NCBI GenBank assembly: GCA_964016885.1
Contig: OZ024740.1
Location: 201,934,001-201,998,000, forward strand
From: Eledone cirrhosa
Lineage: Eukaryota
Direction: 5' to 3'
DNA length: 64,000 nt
Position numbers and translations under genes: made by a program. The number at the start of each line of letters is the position of its first letter. The first letter of the stretch is position 1. Positions 51,139 to 61,905 of the stretch are shown in pieces. The notes beneath the pieces are model-generated. The model did no database searches, was not told where the DNA came from, and was given only the letters and a program-made list of their open reading frames with translations.

Positions 51139-51604
51139 CATGTATAAGTTGCTTTATAAGTGTTATTTGTTTTTACTTGTTTGGTTTTGATAAGCTTGTG
51201 TTATAAAATAAATATATACTCTGTTGATTTAATTATATGAACTGATAAATTTTTTTTTAATGTGTTTTTTTCTTGAAAAATATGATAATTTCGAAATATC
51301 AAACTCCTGACCACAAACCCAAACTTCTGATTAAATAATAGTGTTTTTTTATAATAATGAGATATAACAAACCAGAAAATGACACTTAGAACCGGGGAAC
51401 AAAAAATATGTTACACGGTGTAATGTACAAATGCCAGGAAAGTGAACAATAGAGAGATAAGAGCAATAAGTTTATGAACACTACATGGACATGAATTTTA
51501 ATAACATATTGGAATTAATTCTCTCAACTCAATCAGTTTCCATCACAAACATTAATATTTTACCTTGAGTTAAGATAATCAAATCCATAACAATTTATTT
51601 ATAG

Positions 51605-51815
51605 TGATTGACAATTGTTAGAACATTGGACAACATGCTATGTAGCATAGAGTTACAGCCTTTTATGTTCTGAGTTCAAATCCAGCCGAGTTTAGCCTTG
51701 CCTTTCATCCTTATGGGGTTTGTAAAATGAAGCACCAGTAACGCACTGGAGTTGATTTCTCGATTTTCCCCTGTCCTAAAATTATTGGCCTTGTGCCTAA
51801 ATCAGAAACCATTAT
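51605..51815 (+). mobile_element. tRNA-headed SINE, family A
   Basis: B box GAGTTCAAATCC, core and tail. Confidence 0.8.
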
Positions 51816-52019
51816 TTTGGTCATTTACATTGTGACGCACACATTTAAAATTTAAAATTTTCCCAGTGCTTCTTAAGTTGTTCACACTTTTAGCTACAGG
51901 CTTAAAATTTTCTAAGTTGATGGAATTAGTGGCCAACAGCGTAGTGCAGGGGTTCACTTCCTGACAGGCACGGCTGTCCTCTTTTTTCTGTCTCAATTAT
52001 TATTTATAGTCCACAATTA

Positions 52020-52225
52020 ATATTGGTTTCTGATTTAGGCACAAGGCCAACAATTTGGGGGGGAAGGGCAAATCGATTAAATCAATCCCAGTGCATTACT
52101 GGTATTTTATTTTATCGACCCCCGGTAAGGATGAAAGGCAAAGCTAATCTCAGCGGGATTTGAACTCAGACCATAAAGGGCAATAACTCTATGCCATAAA
52201 GCATATTGTCTGACACTCCACTGCC
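52020..52225 (-). mobile_element. tRNA-headed SINE, family A
   Basis: Inverted relative to the 51605-51815 copy. Confidence 0.8.
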
Positions 52226-52355
52226 CTAGTCAACAATTAATATTATGATCATTTACGTTGGGATGCACACATTGCATATGTTATTACTCAAATTTCATGT
52301 CAACAGTTGCTTACATAAAATTACAAATTTGTAAATAATCGTTTTCTTCTTTCAG

Positions 52356-52441
52356 GCGGAATATGTGCTGGATATCTTTCAGACAAATTTAAATCTAGTG
52401 GAATTATATGTATGGTTATGTCAGCATGTGCTGCTCCATTA
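52356..52441 (+). CDS. SLC37A2: SLC37A2-like exon 12 (GGICAGYLSDKFKSSGIICMVMSACAAPL)
   Basis: ttctttcag acceptor, gtaagt donor, MFS-type AG.LSD motif. Confidence 0.92.
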
Positions 52442-52504
52442 GTAAGTAATGATATCTCGTTTTTTAATTACTTCATAACAATATTAATTAATTTCTTACC
52501 TGTG

Positions 52505-52765
52505 AAGGCGAATGGCTTACAATTGTGAGGTTGCGAGTTTGATTCTCCTACAGGGCTTTGCGTTGTGTTCTTGAGCAAGACACTTTATTTCACGTTGCTC
52601 CAGTTGTGACGTCATTGGTGCCGAGCTGTATTGGTCTTTGCCTGTCCCTTGGACAACATCGGCGGCGTGGAGAGGGGAGGCTAGTCTTCCACAAACAACC
52701 TTGCCCGGACTTTGCTTCAGAGGGGAACTTCCTAGGTGCAAATCCCATGGTTATTCATGACCAAA
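52505..52765 (+). mobile_element. CORE-like tRNA SINE
   Basis: Degenerate A/B boxes followed by tgtgttcttgagcaagacactttatttcacgttgctccag. Confidence 0.7.
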
Positions 52766-52887
52766 AGGGGTATTTACTCTTACTTACCTGTAAAGTGATT
52801 TTGCAATTAAATGGAGACAATATATCATACAATAGAGAGGACTTTTCAGTCATGCCAAGTACGTGACAACCTCTCCAGTGTTGGTAA

Positions 52888-53118
52888 CACAATAAAATGC
52901 ACCCAGTCCACCCTGTAAAGTGGTTGTGCTGGTGCCACAATAAAATACACCCAGTCCACTCTGTAAAATTGTTGTTCTGGTGTCACAATAAAATGCACCC
53001 AGTCCACTCTGTAAAATTGTTGTTCTGGTGCCACAATAAAATGCACCCAGTCCACTCTGTAAAGTGGTTGTGCTGGTGCCACAATAAAATGCACCCAACC
53101 CACTCTGTAAAGTGGTTG
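52888..53118. repeat. 48-bp tandem repeat, 5 copies, inside a family B SINE
   Basis: cacaataaaatgcacccagtccactctgtaaagtggttgtgctggtgc; gives 16-aa periodic ORFs; followed by GTTAGGAAGGGCA and the SINE tail. Confidence 0.9.
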
Positions 53119-53293
53119 GTGTTAGGAAGGGCACACAGCTGTAGGAATGGTATGTAAGTGCAAGATGTGGTCCCTCCAGCCTGTCTTGTCTCAGACCATG
53201 ACAACTACCTGTCCAACCATGCCAACATAGAAATCAAAAGTATGATGATGATGTAGTAGTAGTATTGTAAAACATGTATTTGTCTATTTTCAG

Positions 53294-53342
53294 CTTTATG
53301 TTTACAATGTGTATGGTGCAACTAGTTTCACATGGAGTATTG
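53294..53342 (+). CDS. SLC37A2: SLC37A2-like exon 13 (LYVYNVYGATSFTWSI)
   Basis: ttttcag acceptor, gtatgt donor; bridges phase 0 to phase 1 as required. Confidence 0.85.
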
Positions 53343-53493
53343 GTATGTAATTGTTTTCTGTACATTATATTTCCACTTTGTTCATGTGGCAAGGAGAGAA
53401 CCTCTATATGGTCACACCACTTGCTAGAAATAGCAACCAAATCTCCTTCAGATCCCTCCCTACCTTCTTGAAAAAAGGGAAGGACACATTAGA

Positions 53494-53657
53494 TCAGTGT
53501 TTCTGAACTGCAGTAAAATTTAAATATTTTTGAAGATAATTTTTCAAAATTTTACATATTTTTAAAAATACCAAACATGTTTATATATTGAGGGGAACAT
53601 TGAATTTGTTTGAAGTATTTTGGTGGGTCATGAAGGAAAAATAGTTAACAACCATTG
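53494..53657. mobile_element. Charlie-like hAT MITE
   Basis: CAGTGTTTCTGAAC...GTTAACAACCATTG flanked by CATTAGAT / TGTTAGAT. Confidence 0.5.
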
Positions 53658-54124
53658 TGTTAGATAATGTAGTATAAGAAACATCATGTCTGGGGGAAAG
53701 ACACAGGATAGTCATGGCTGGAATGAATTTGATCAATCTCAAATAAACTGTCAATGACCCCTAGCTGGATATTTCTCCAGACAGGATGATACCAGATCTT
53801 GAAACAAAAGAAAATGAGTATCTGTGTTGCTCAGAGGTCAGCATGTGTGGTCACACTGACCTACTTTGCTAACATCAGAACAAGAGTTCAAATCACTTCT
53901 ATAGTTGTGCCACATGACAACAACCCAGCCAATATATTTGTTGGTTAAGTAATATGTGTGTTAGTCTACCTATTTGTTGTGAATTCAATCCCTGTGTAAA
54001 TGTGTATCATCATCGTCTTCATTATTTTGCATCCATGAGCACCACATAGGCTCTCTTTTTAGTCAGACAACTATAAAAGAAGCTCCTGGTTCAGTGTAAG
54101 CCACTGTATCTAGCGTTCATTGGT

Positions 54125-54482
54125 TTGAAGAAGGCCTTTATTAGAATATCATGATCTGTCATCTGGTGGTCCTTAAAGAAACTAGGTATAGATGAATGGC
54201 TTGTGAGAGTAGTTCAAGCCATGTAGAGAGGAGCTGGAAGTAAAATAAGACTAGGAAGTGAGTTTAATGAGGAATTCACTGTGCAGGTAGGTGCTTATCT
54301 GGGCTCAGTCATCAGTGCATTCCTGTTTATCATAGTTCTCCAGGCCATAACAGAGGAGTTTAAAACCGAATATCCATGGAAATGCCTATATGCTAACGAT
54401 CTGGTTCTTCTAGCTGAATCTGTGGAAGAACTAAAGAAGAAATTCTGGCTTTGGAAACAGAATCTAGAATCAAAAGGGCTTT
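54125..54482 (+). mobile_element. RTE-type reverse transcriptase fragment
   Basis: GSVISAFLFIIVLQAITEEF...PWKCLYANDLVL (a decayed YADD) in ORF 54281..54556. Confidence 0.75.
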
Positions 54483-54599
54483 GTGAAATTAATGTGCAAG
54501 TGAAGTTTATTACATTATTCAATGTGTCCTTCCCATTTTTAGATGATAGGATGTGATTTGGGTGATATTTCTAGCAGGTTTAGTGACTTTATAGAAGAA

Positions 54600-54763
54600 C
54601 AGGCATGGGCAACCTTTTGCGAGCAGTGGGCTGCATAGGATGTGACTCATCATAAGACAGGCCGCACTACTAAAAATTTTGAGGCAGTTTTGAAGTTAGG
54701 CGTGCCATACAGAAAGCTAAACAGGCCACATGAGACCCACTGGCCACATTTTGCCCATGACTG
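54600..54763. mobile_element. hAT-type MITE
   Basis: TIRs CAGGCATGGGCAA / TTGCCCATGACTG. Confidence 0.6.
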
Positions 54764-55183
54764 TTATAGAGGTTTTCTCATAAGCAGATGGATGTTGGAG
54801 TTGTGAATTGTCTTGGAGTAATTCAACTATTTTGACCATAAGGTAACTTTGCTGATAACTAATGTATGGTAGCTCCAGTGAAGGTGCATGGCCTGGTGGT
54901 TAGGGTGTTGGGTTTATGGTCATTGGGTCAAGGTTTCAATTCCCAAACTGGATGACACATTCTGTCCTTGAATTATAAATTATAAAGGAAATGTATCTAT
55001 TTTCCCTTTAAATTTTATTTAGCCCTTTTGTTACTATATTTCTAATGAAAGACATTGCCTATGATTTTCAAATAATTTTTAATATAATTAAAAGGTTTGA
55101 AGGGCTTTTGGTAATATAACTAACCATTCCATTATTAAGCTGGTGTTTGAAACATAACTTAACAAAGCTTCTTACATAAAATA

Positions 55184-55366
55184 GTTGTTTCTACCTTAGG
55201 CACAAGGCCAGCAATTACCCAGTGCATTACTGGTACTTTATTTTATCGACCCCGTAAGGATGAAAGGCAAAGTCAACCTCGGCGGGATTTGAACTCAGAT
55301 CGTAAAGGGACGTAACTATGCTGGAAAGCATGGCGTCCGACCCTCTACCGATACTGCCAATCCACC
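55184..55366 (-). mobile_element. Full-length family A SINE with a 15-bp TSD, inserted in a MITE
   Basis: TSD ttcttacataa(a/g)ata at 55169-55183 and 55367-55381; A box TGGCAGTATCGG, B box GAGTTCAAATCC. Confidence 0.9.
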
Positions 55367-55533
55367 TTCTTACATAAGATAATGATGGAAAGTTTAAATT
55401 CAAATTTAATTACTTTAAAATAAATGGCTTTGTATGATAGAACCATGGGTGGTTTTAGGCAGTTTTTTATCAAAAATGTTACCCCCTCCTCATCCCCAAA
55501 AAATATCTAACAATCTTGTATTTGGTTTTTCAG

Positions 55534-55686
55534 TATTGCTGATAATATGTGGAATATTTGTGAATGGTCCATATGCTCTGATTACTACAGCTGTAAGTGC
55601 TGATCTAGGGACACATCAGTGCTTGAAAGGAAACACTCAAGCAATAGCTACCGTTACTTCAATTATTGATGGTACAGGCAGCATGG
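55534..55686 (+). CDS. SLC37A2: SLC37A2-like exon 14 (VLLIICGIFVNGPYALITTAVSADLGTH...IIDGTGSM)
   Basis: tttttcag acceptor, gtaagt donor; lies inside ORF 55434..55700. Confidence 0.96.
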
Positions 55687-55697
55687 GTAAGTTATAT

Positions 55698-55973
55698 TAA
55701 TAATAATAATAATGAAAATATTGTGTACAGTGCTCAGGTGCACTACAACTCATCAAAAGTGTATGTATAGTACATAGGGTAATGTACAAACGTCAGGAAA
55801 ATGAACAGTGCATGAGTCATGATATACACATGTGTGCATGTGTATGGAAGGGGTACATCAGGTGTAGTTTTGGCAAATTTCGGGAAGCATGAGGGTTTTA
55901 AAGGATGCAGTGTCTTAGCAGCTAACAACTAACACAGGCAGTTTGTTCCATGCTTCAGCAACTCTGAGCGTGA
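55698..55973 (-). mobile_element. 5'-truncated copy of the CR1-type LINE
   Basis: Matches 5400-5603 (gctcaggtgcactacaactc, cgggaagcat, gtttgttccatgcttcagcaactctgagcgtga). Shorter tail pieces at about 30108-30160 (+), 32295-32338 and 45158-45234. Confidence 0.85.
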
Positions 55974-56131
55974 AGATTATTAGCTCTTGAAATATTCTGA
56001 TAATGTAAGTAATCTGAGGATTGTATACATGCAACAAGAGGAAGGCTTGTATTGTCATCATTTAACATCTATTTTCCATAGTTGCATAGGTTAGATGGGT
56101 TGTAACTGTGTGAGGCTTAATAGATCAGGTG

Positions 56132-56383
56132 TAGGGTTGGATTTAGACCTTGTGGGGCCCGGGGCACTTCAGGTTTGGGAGGCCCTTCATACACAAAAAA
56201 TTAGAATTCACAGCAAACTCCCCAATTTCACATATGAAAGTTAGCTTGGCATAAGTAATTGGAATTGAGACATTATACATGCAGGTATTAAATTCAAAAA
56301 TTCAAACCATCCTAAAACTAAAAAAAGACCAGCTGGAGGCCTGGGGCAATTGCTCCCTTTGCACCCCATTAAATCTAGCTCTG
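56132..56383. mobile_element. hAT/Tip100-like MITE
   Basis: TAGGGTTGGATTTA / TAAATCTAGCTCTG ends with ggggccc subterminal motifs; a related inverted copy starts at about 16452. Confidence 0.55.
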
Positions 56384-56919
56384 GTTAGGTGATCATGTCT
56401 TGCTCATACATTCCATTTTTTGCTTGGTTTTTGGACATTTTCTTAAATTCTTATAAGCGGGTGGGGTGATCGGTTAATGTATAGTGTATGTTCATAAATA
56501 AGGGATTTCTTGTAATGTTCTTTTTTTATCATATATAATGTTTTTTTTTATGTAAAATAAAATTATTATTAGGTTCTCCAGCTGCTGTATCAATATGAAT
56601 CACTTACAGTAAAATTTCGTCAGAGATAGATTAGTAAAATTTAATAAGTTAATAAGCTTGGTGGGGGGCATTATTTAAGACCTGAGAGTAGAGGTTCACT
56701 TCACAATCATTAGATCTTGAGTTTGATCCCACTGTGTGGCATCTTGAGCAAGTGTCATTTACCATAGCCACAGGTCAACTGATGCTTTGTGAGTGAACCT
56801 GGCTAGATGGAAACTGCTTGCAATCCCTAGTCACTGTTAATTTCATGAGCAGGTTGTTCCTTTAATCAAACAACTGCGACACTCATCACCATAATCAACA
56901 AAGGTCCAATGATTTTATC

Positions 56920-57622
56920 CCATCACCACCACCAACAACAACAATACAAAACTAACACCAACAACATTGCAACTAACAACAACACCATCAAAACCACTAA
57001 CACCACCACCATCAACATCACCATAACCAACAACACCATCTCCACCGCCAGTAAAACCACCAACACCATCATCATCACTAACACCCCCATCACCACCACC
57101 AGTAACACTATCATCACCGTCATCAACACCATCACCACCAACAACAACACCACTACCAACAAAACCCCCAGCAGCATTATCACCACCACTAACACCACCA
57201 TCAGCACCACCACTAAACACCAACAACACTATCACCACCATCAACACCAACAACACCACCACCAAACACGAACACCAACAACACTATCACCACCACCAAC
57301 AAGACCAACACCACCACCACCAACAACAACTCCATCATCACCAACACCACCATCACCAACAACACCATCACCAACAACACCACCACCAACACCATCACCA
57401 ACAACACCAACACCACCACCACCAACACCACCAACAACAACTCCATCATCACCAACAACACCAACACCATCACCAACACCACCACCACCAACACCACCAA
57501 CAACAACTCCACCATCACCAACACCACCATCACCAACAACACCACCACCAACACCATCACCAACAACACCACTACCACCACCAACAACTCCACCATCACC
57601 AACAACAACAACACCACCACCA
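56920..57622. repeat. ~700-bp cryptic (ACC/AAC/ATC)n simple repeat
   Basis: Almost G-free on the + strand; ends about 32 nt before the exon 15 acceptor. Confidence 0.92.
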
Positions 57623-57654
57623 ATATCTTATCTGTATGTTATCTGTTACCATAG

Positions 57655-57752
57655 GTGCTGCACTGGGCCCTTTATTAACTGGTATCCTGTCTCAACGGAA
57701 CTGGAATAATGTTTTCTACATGCTCATTTGTGCCGATGCTTTAGCATTCCTG
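57655..57752 (+). CDS. SLC37A2: SLC37A2-like exon 15 (GAALGPLLTGILSQRNWNNVFYMLICADALAFL)
   Basis: catag acceptor, gtgagt donor; lies inside ORF 57636..57923. Confidence 0.94.
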
Positions 57753-58899
57753 GTGAGTATAATCATCACGTTCCGCACTAATGAAAGCAAAATAGCTTTA
57801 AAATATCTCCGCCAATATCTACCTCTTAACACCATTGGACGGTTCATCTACTCCATTTTGATGCTGATAACACTCACTGCTGTATATTTATCACTGACCA
57901 ATGATTTCTTTGTTTCTTATTGAATTGTATATATATATATACAAGCAGATTAGTTTAACATCATGCGTGATTGTGAAAATAAAACGCACATGTGGAAAAA
58001 CAGGGCTGGTGACGTCAGAATGAGACGAATGTTTGTTTACATGAAACAACAGTCAAAAACATTCCGAAAAAAACTCTACAATAAGGAGTTCAGCAAAAAG
58101 CAATATTATCGCGTTTTTTTTTTGTTTTTTTTTTAAAATATACCGGGATTAGTCACAAATAATTTAAGCACTCTAGGAAAGAAATCCGAGTATAAATATA
58201 TAAATGAAAGGTATAGAAAGTATTGTAGCAAGAAGCCAACAGTATTCCATAATATATAAGTGACTATATATATATATGTATGTATATATATACTGGTAAC
58301 ATGTATCCCAGTACAACCTGTCTCATGGTCGGGTTGTTGGCGACTAAACTGGCAACCCCACCAAGGTTTATTGGTGAGGAGGGTGACTTTGGACATCCTG
58401 CAGGACTAAAAACAAAACCTGTCAAAGGGCAAAGGAGCTCTTAAGAGTCAATGGCCATCCAAAATCACTGGGAGAGATGACCCCTTAGCCTTTGTCAAGG
58501 CAGAATTCTAGGAGAAGGAAAACTCTGATATAACACCTGCAACCCTGATGGTATCCAATGATGTTGACTTGTTCTTCTTTTTGGTAAATATCGTCTTGGT
58601 TAAGAGAGTGGGACTGGCTTTGTACTGTGCCTTTGCTCACTATAAAAGCTTCACGGCACAGGCATTGCTTTATATCTGGAGATCTCTCTGCACTTGTCGT
58701 CACATGGTACCATGGGCCCAGCACTATGTGTCAATAATTATCACAAGTGTAGTGTTTGTACCAGAGTTTTCAAGTCGCTGGCTGGACTAAAAAGTCACAC
58801 TCATTCAGCGCATCGGTAGGGGTTTTCCTACATGGATATAAAGTAGTGGCTGTACTCGAAAACGAGTTGGCAGCCACCATATATATATATACACACATC

Positions 58900-59090
58900 A
58901 TGTTTAATATAGAAATGGCTCCTACAGGACTAGAACTGTTTCATTCAAAAGAAATCATCAAGAAAGTCCTTTCCTGATGATTTATTTTGAATGAAACAGT
59001 GAAGCTATTTCTGTATTAAACATGTTTAGACTCTACTAATGTATTGAGTACCTTACTATATTGTGGTTACCCCCAATTGAACTCGGGATT
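58900..59090. mobile_element. Penelope-like inverted terminal-repeat remnant with hammerhead-like cores
   Basis: Inverted arms around CTGATGA...GAAACAG; same family as 60945-61131, opposite orientation. Confidence 0.6.
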
Positions 59091-59169
59091 CACACACATA
59101 TTTATCATCATTATCATCATCGTTTTGACATCCATTTTTCCATACTTGCATGGGTTGATTGAGATATAA

Positions 59170-59234
<65 letters not shown>

Positions 59235-59466
59235 CATAAATGTTAAATGATGATACATATATACATGCACACACATACACACAAACACACACATATATGT
59301 GTGTGTATGTATGTAGTGCACTCTGTAGAGTGGAGGAACGTATGTAAACGTGGTGAGGCCCTGGTTCCTTTGAAAGGTCTGTGGCTCCAGTTGAATATTG
59401 ATTTTGGTCTGTCACAACCCATCTAATCTTTGTTAGCAGGGAAATCAAATGTTAAATGATGATGAT

Positions 59467-59505
<39 letters not shown>

Positions 59506-60944
59506 TTATTTCAGTATCAAATACACTGAATGAAATATTCAGGTACTGTTTGTAGTGTCAAAGTAATATATATTATTAATAGTGACTGTTTACTGAGAGG
59601 GTTCACCAAAGTATTTACTTCTCATAAATGTTTTGAAATCCCTGTAGTATCGGTCTTCAAATAGTGCCTATTAATATATATATATATATAAAAAATTTGA
59701 TTTATGCCATTAAATGTAAAGGATGCTGACAATACAACAGAACAAATACGAATAAATAAGGAAAATATGTTTATTCAAAAATATAGACCAGTATTAAATA
59801 TAGTTTAATATACATTATGTCAACACCATAACATGCTAACCATCCAAATAGACACATACATATACACACACATAACACCTATTTTCAAAAATAAAATCCA
59901 GAGCTAAATAAACCTTAACATAGTTAATACTCTAACACCTTAACATGCTAACCCCCCCCCCACACACACACCACACACATGTAACACCCATACACATACA
60001 GAATTCCCTCCTCCATTTTTACTAATAGAATCATCTTCCTACACACACACACCAGCACACAAATAAACATACATATCTCTACTTTCTTTATTTTAATAGA
60101 AAGTCTGAATTTTGACACCTCAGCACACCAGCCATATTCACTGAACCAGAACAATTCTCCCCATCCCGTTTTTCTTGACCATTATCTTTTGTTTGGCACA
60201 AAATTCTCTAAATGGCTACAAAAAAATTCCAAAATACAGGCCGAAATTTAATGTACTTGTTCACGTGACAGTCATAATTTCATTTATAACCAATCAAATT
60301 ACATTTATAAAAAAGCCTTTGTGAGCCATTTTTTTAAAGTAAAAAAAAATTCAAACACAAACTGGCGCGAAAGCTGATGTGCTTATTCACGTGACTGCAT
60401 CAACCAACCAAACTTCACTCATATATGAAAAAAAGGAACCAAATAAATTTTTTTTTTTTTTTAAAAGACTCCAGTTGCATTTTCGATTTCATATATATAT
60501 ATATAATATATTAACAAATGGAAACTATATTTATAAAACCATATTTATTTCATTATACATATTTCAAGGGCCACCAAAGCAAACTATGGTGTAGGTGTCA
60601 TGACAAAAAGCTCCCAGCCTACACTGTAAAGTGGTCATGTAGGTGTCACAACAAAAAGCACACAGTCCACAATGTAAAGTGGCCGTAGAGAGAAAGAGGA
60701 TTTTAATAGTGAATGTTCTCATATTTTTTTTTCTTTTATTTATTATATTCTATATATTTACAAATGTGTGTCCTTGTATATTGAAGGCCTTCTAAAACAC
60801 ATAAAATAAAGGGATAGTTCCCCCTTTGTATTTTATTCCTTAAGAACTTTACACCATGAAAATTTACTGTCCATACATATTTATATATATCTACATAGCT
60901 ACAGTAAAATAAATGTCCATGCATATATATATGTGTGTGTGTAT

Positions 60945-61131
60945 CCTGGGTTTAATCAGGGGTAACCACAGTAAGTAAGGTACTCAATACATAGCAGAGT
61001 ATAAATTTTTAATATAGAAATGGCTTCTACAGGACTAGAACTATTTCATTTGAAGGAAATCATCAGGAAAGCCTGATGATTTCCTTTGAACGAAACAGTT
61101 CTAGTCCTGTTGAAGCCATTTCTATATTAAA
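60945..61131. mobile_element. Penelope-like inverted terminal-repeat remnant
   Basis: 60-bp arms 61008-61067 and 61072-61131, each carrying CTGATGA...GAAA. A third, decayed copy lies at about 62880-63068. Confidence 0.65.
61020..61072 (-). ncRNA. Minimal type I hammerhead ribozyme-like motif
   Basis: Minus strand: gctttc-CTGATGA-tttccttcaaat-GAAA-tag-ttctagtc-ctg-TA-gaagc. Core order is correct; stems are short. Confidence 0.5.
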
Positions 61132-61190
61132 TATATATATATATCATCATCATCATCACCGTTTTATGTCCATTCTTCCACGCTAACAAT

Positions 61191-61245
61191 GGGCCTAGTT
61201 AGGACTTAGATGGGTGACCGCTTGGGAAACCTAGGTGTTGTAAGC
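61191..61245 (+). pseudogene. 5S rRNA 3'-half fragment fused to a SINE-type tail
   Basis: gggcctagttaggacttagatgggtgaccgcttgggaaacctaggtgttgtaagc aligns to the eukaryotic 5S 3' half as recalled (GGGCCTGGTTAGTACTTGGATGGGAGACCGCCTGGGAATACCGGGTGCTGTAGGC). Confidence 0.8.
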
Positions 61246-61493
61246 ACTTCCTTTTACAAGGGCAGTACCCCAGCATGGCCTCAGCAAGATGGCTGGAACA
61301 GGTAAAAGTGTATACATGTATTATTACAACTAAACAATACATTACATGACATTTTACATCGCTTAACACTACCACCGAAGTAGGCCACTGAGATTTGAAC
61401 TCAAAACATAAAGAGCCAGAACAAATATTGGAAGGTGTTTTATCCAATGCTCTCACAATCCTGTCAATCCACCACACTGGGCTCATACATTTA

Positions 61494-61905
61494 TCAGTAA
61501 TATAATAAAAGCCATGTGTATTTGTCCGTTACACACTAGAGATGTCTGAGGAAGGAAGGGGTGATGATATCGAATGACGAAGGAAGGGGTGATGACGTCG
61601 ATTAAGGAAGGAAGGGACGATGACAAACTACAGACACGCATCTACATATACATGTATATAAACAGACACACTTAGAAAAATAATTATTACATACACACAA
61701 ATTTATGTGATGACTGAGGGAGGGAGCTGACAAACTATAGAGGTCCAGTGTTCTAACATTTGTCACAGCTGTGTGTTTGTGAGTTTGATTCACTTGTGTG
61801 AGTGAGCACGAAGGAACCAACCAACCAACCAACAAACATCTCCTTTTTATATTATGTATAGATATTTTAATTAGCCGTCATTTTTAACAGCACGGGGCCA
61901 GCTAG
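61494..61905 (+). mobile_element. Possible non-autonomous Helitron
   Basis: A|TC start, CTAG|T end preceded by a weak ccgt...acgg hairpin, internal gaaggaagggg repeats. A second TCTATATATAAA start follows at once. Confidence 0.4.

Larger units (their letters stand above)
45235..51420 (+). mobile_element. Chapaev3 (CMC superfamily) DNA transposon, interrupted by a hAT
   Basis: TIRs CACTGTGTAACA / TGTTACACGGTG, 3-bp TAA TSD at 45232-45234 and 51421-51423. Confidence 0.85.
1575..57752 (+). other. SLC37A2: Gene span: SLC37A1/A2-family sugar-phosphate exchanger (MFS), 15 coding exons, 3' exon not found
   Basis: Hand-spliced exons give one 448-codon frame with family motifs YHLSRKPISV, WAPF, QATGWPSVV..GNWFGKG, RGLIMGIWNSHTSVGNILGS, IPGVVEFSLCLFFAKL.SYTFLYWLP, NGPYALITTAVSADLGTH and IIDGTGS.GAALGP. 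Every junction is GT-AG with matching phase. A1 versus A2 cannot be settled; it may be a co-ortholog. Confidence 0.93.

Noticed and set aside
55270-55366. tRNA gene calls at A-box/B-box motifs
   Set aside because: No cloverleaf is evident and each is attached to a SINE core and tail.
56909-57709. 266-aa Thr/Pro-rich mucin-like ORF
   Set aside because: Stop-free by composition, open in several frames on both strands, intronic, and out of frame with exon 15.
58290-58880. Novel small ORFs at 58485-58977
   Set aside because: The region looks like decayed RTE-type 5' and endonuclease sequence (ggagaaggaaaactctga); there is no splice or domain support.
59545-59670. A further hammerhead-like motif on the minus strand (ttgaaga...caaaac)
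   Set aside because: The core is too degenerate and I could not assign stems.
61191-61245. Functional 5S rRNA gene
   Set aside because: The 5' half is missing, the sequence is diverged and it is not in a tandem array.
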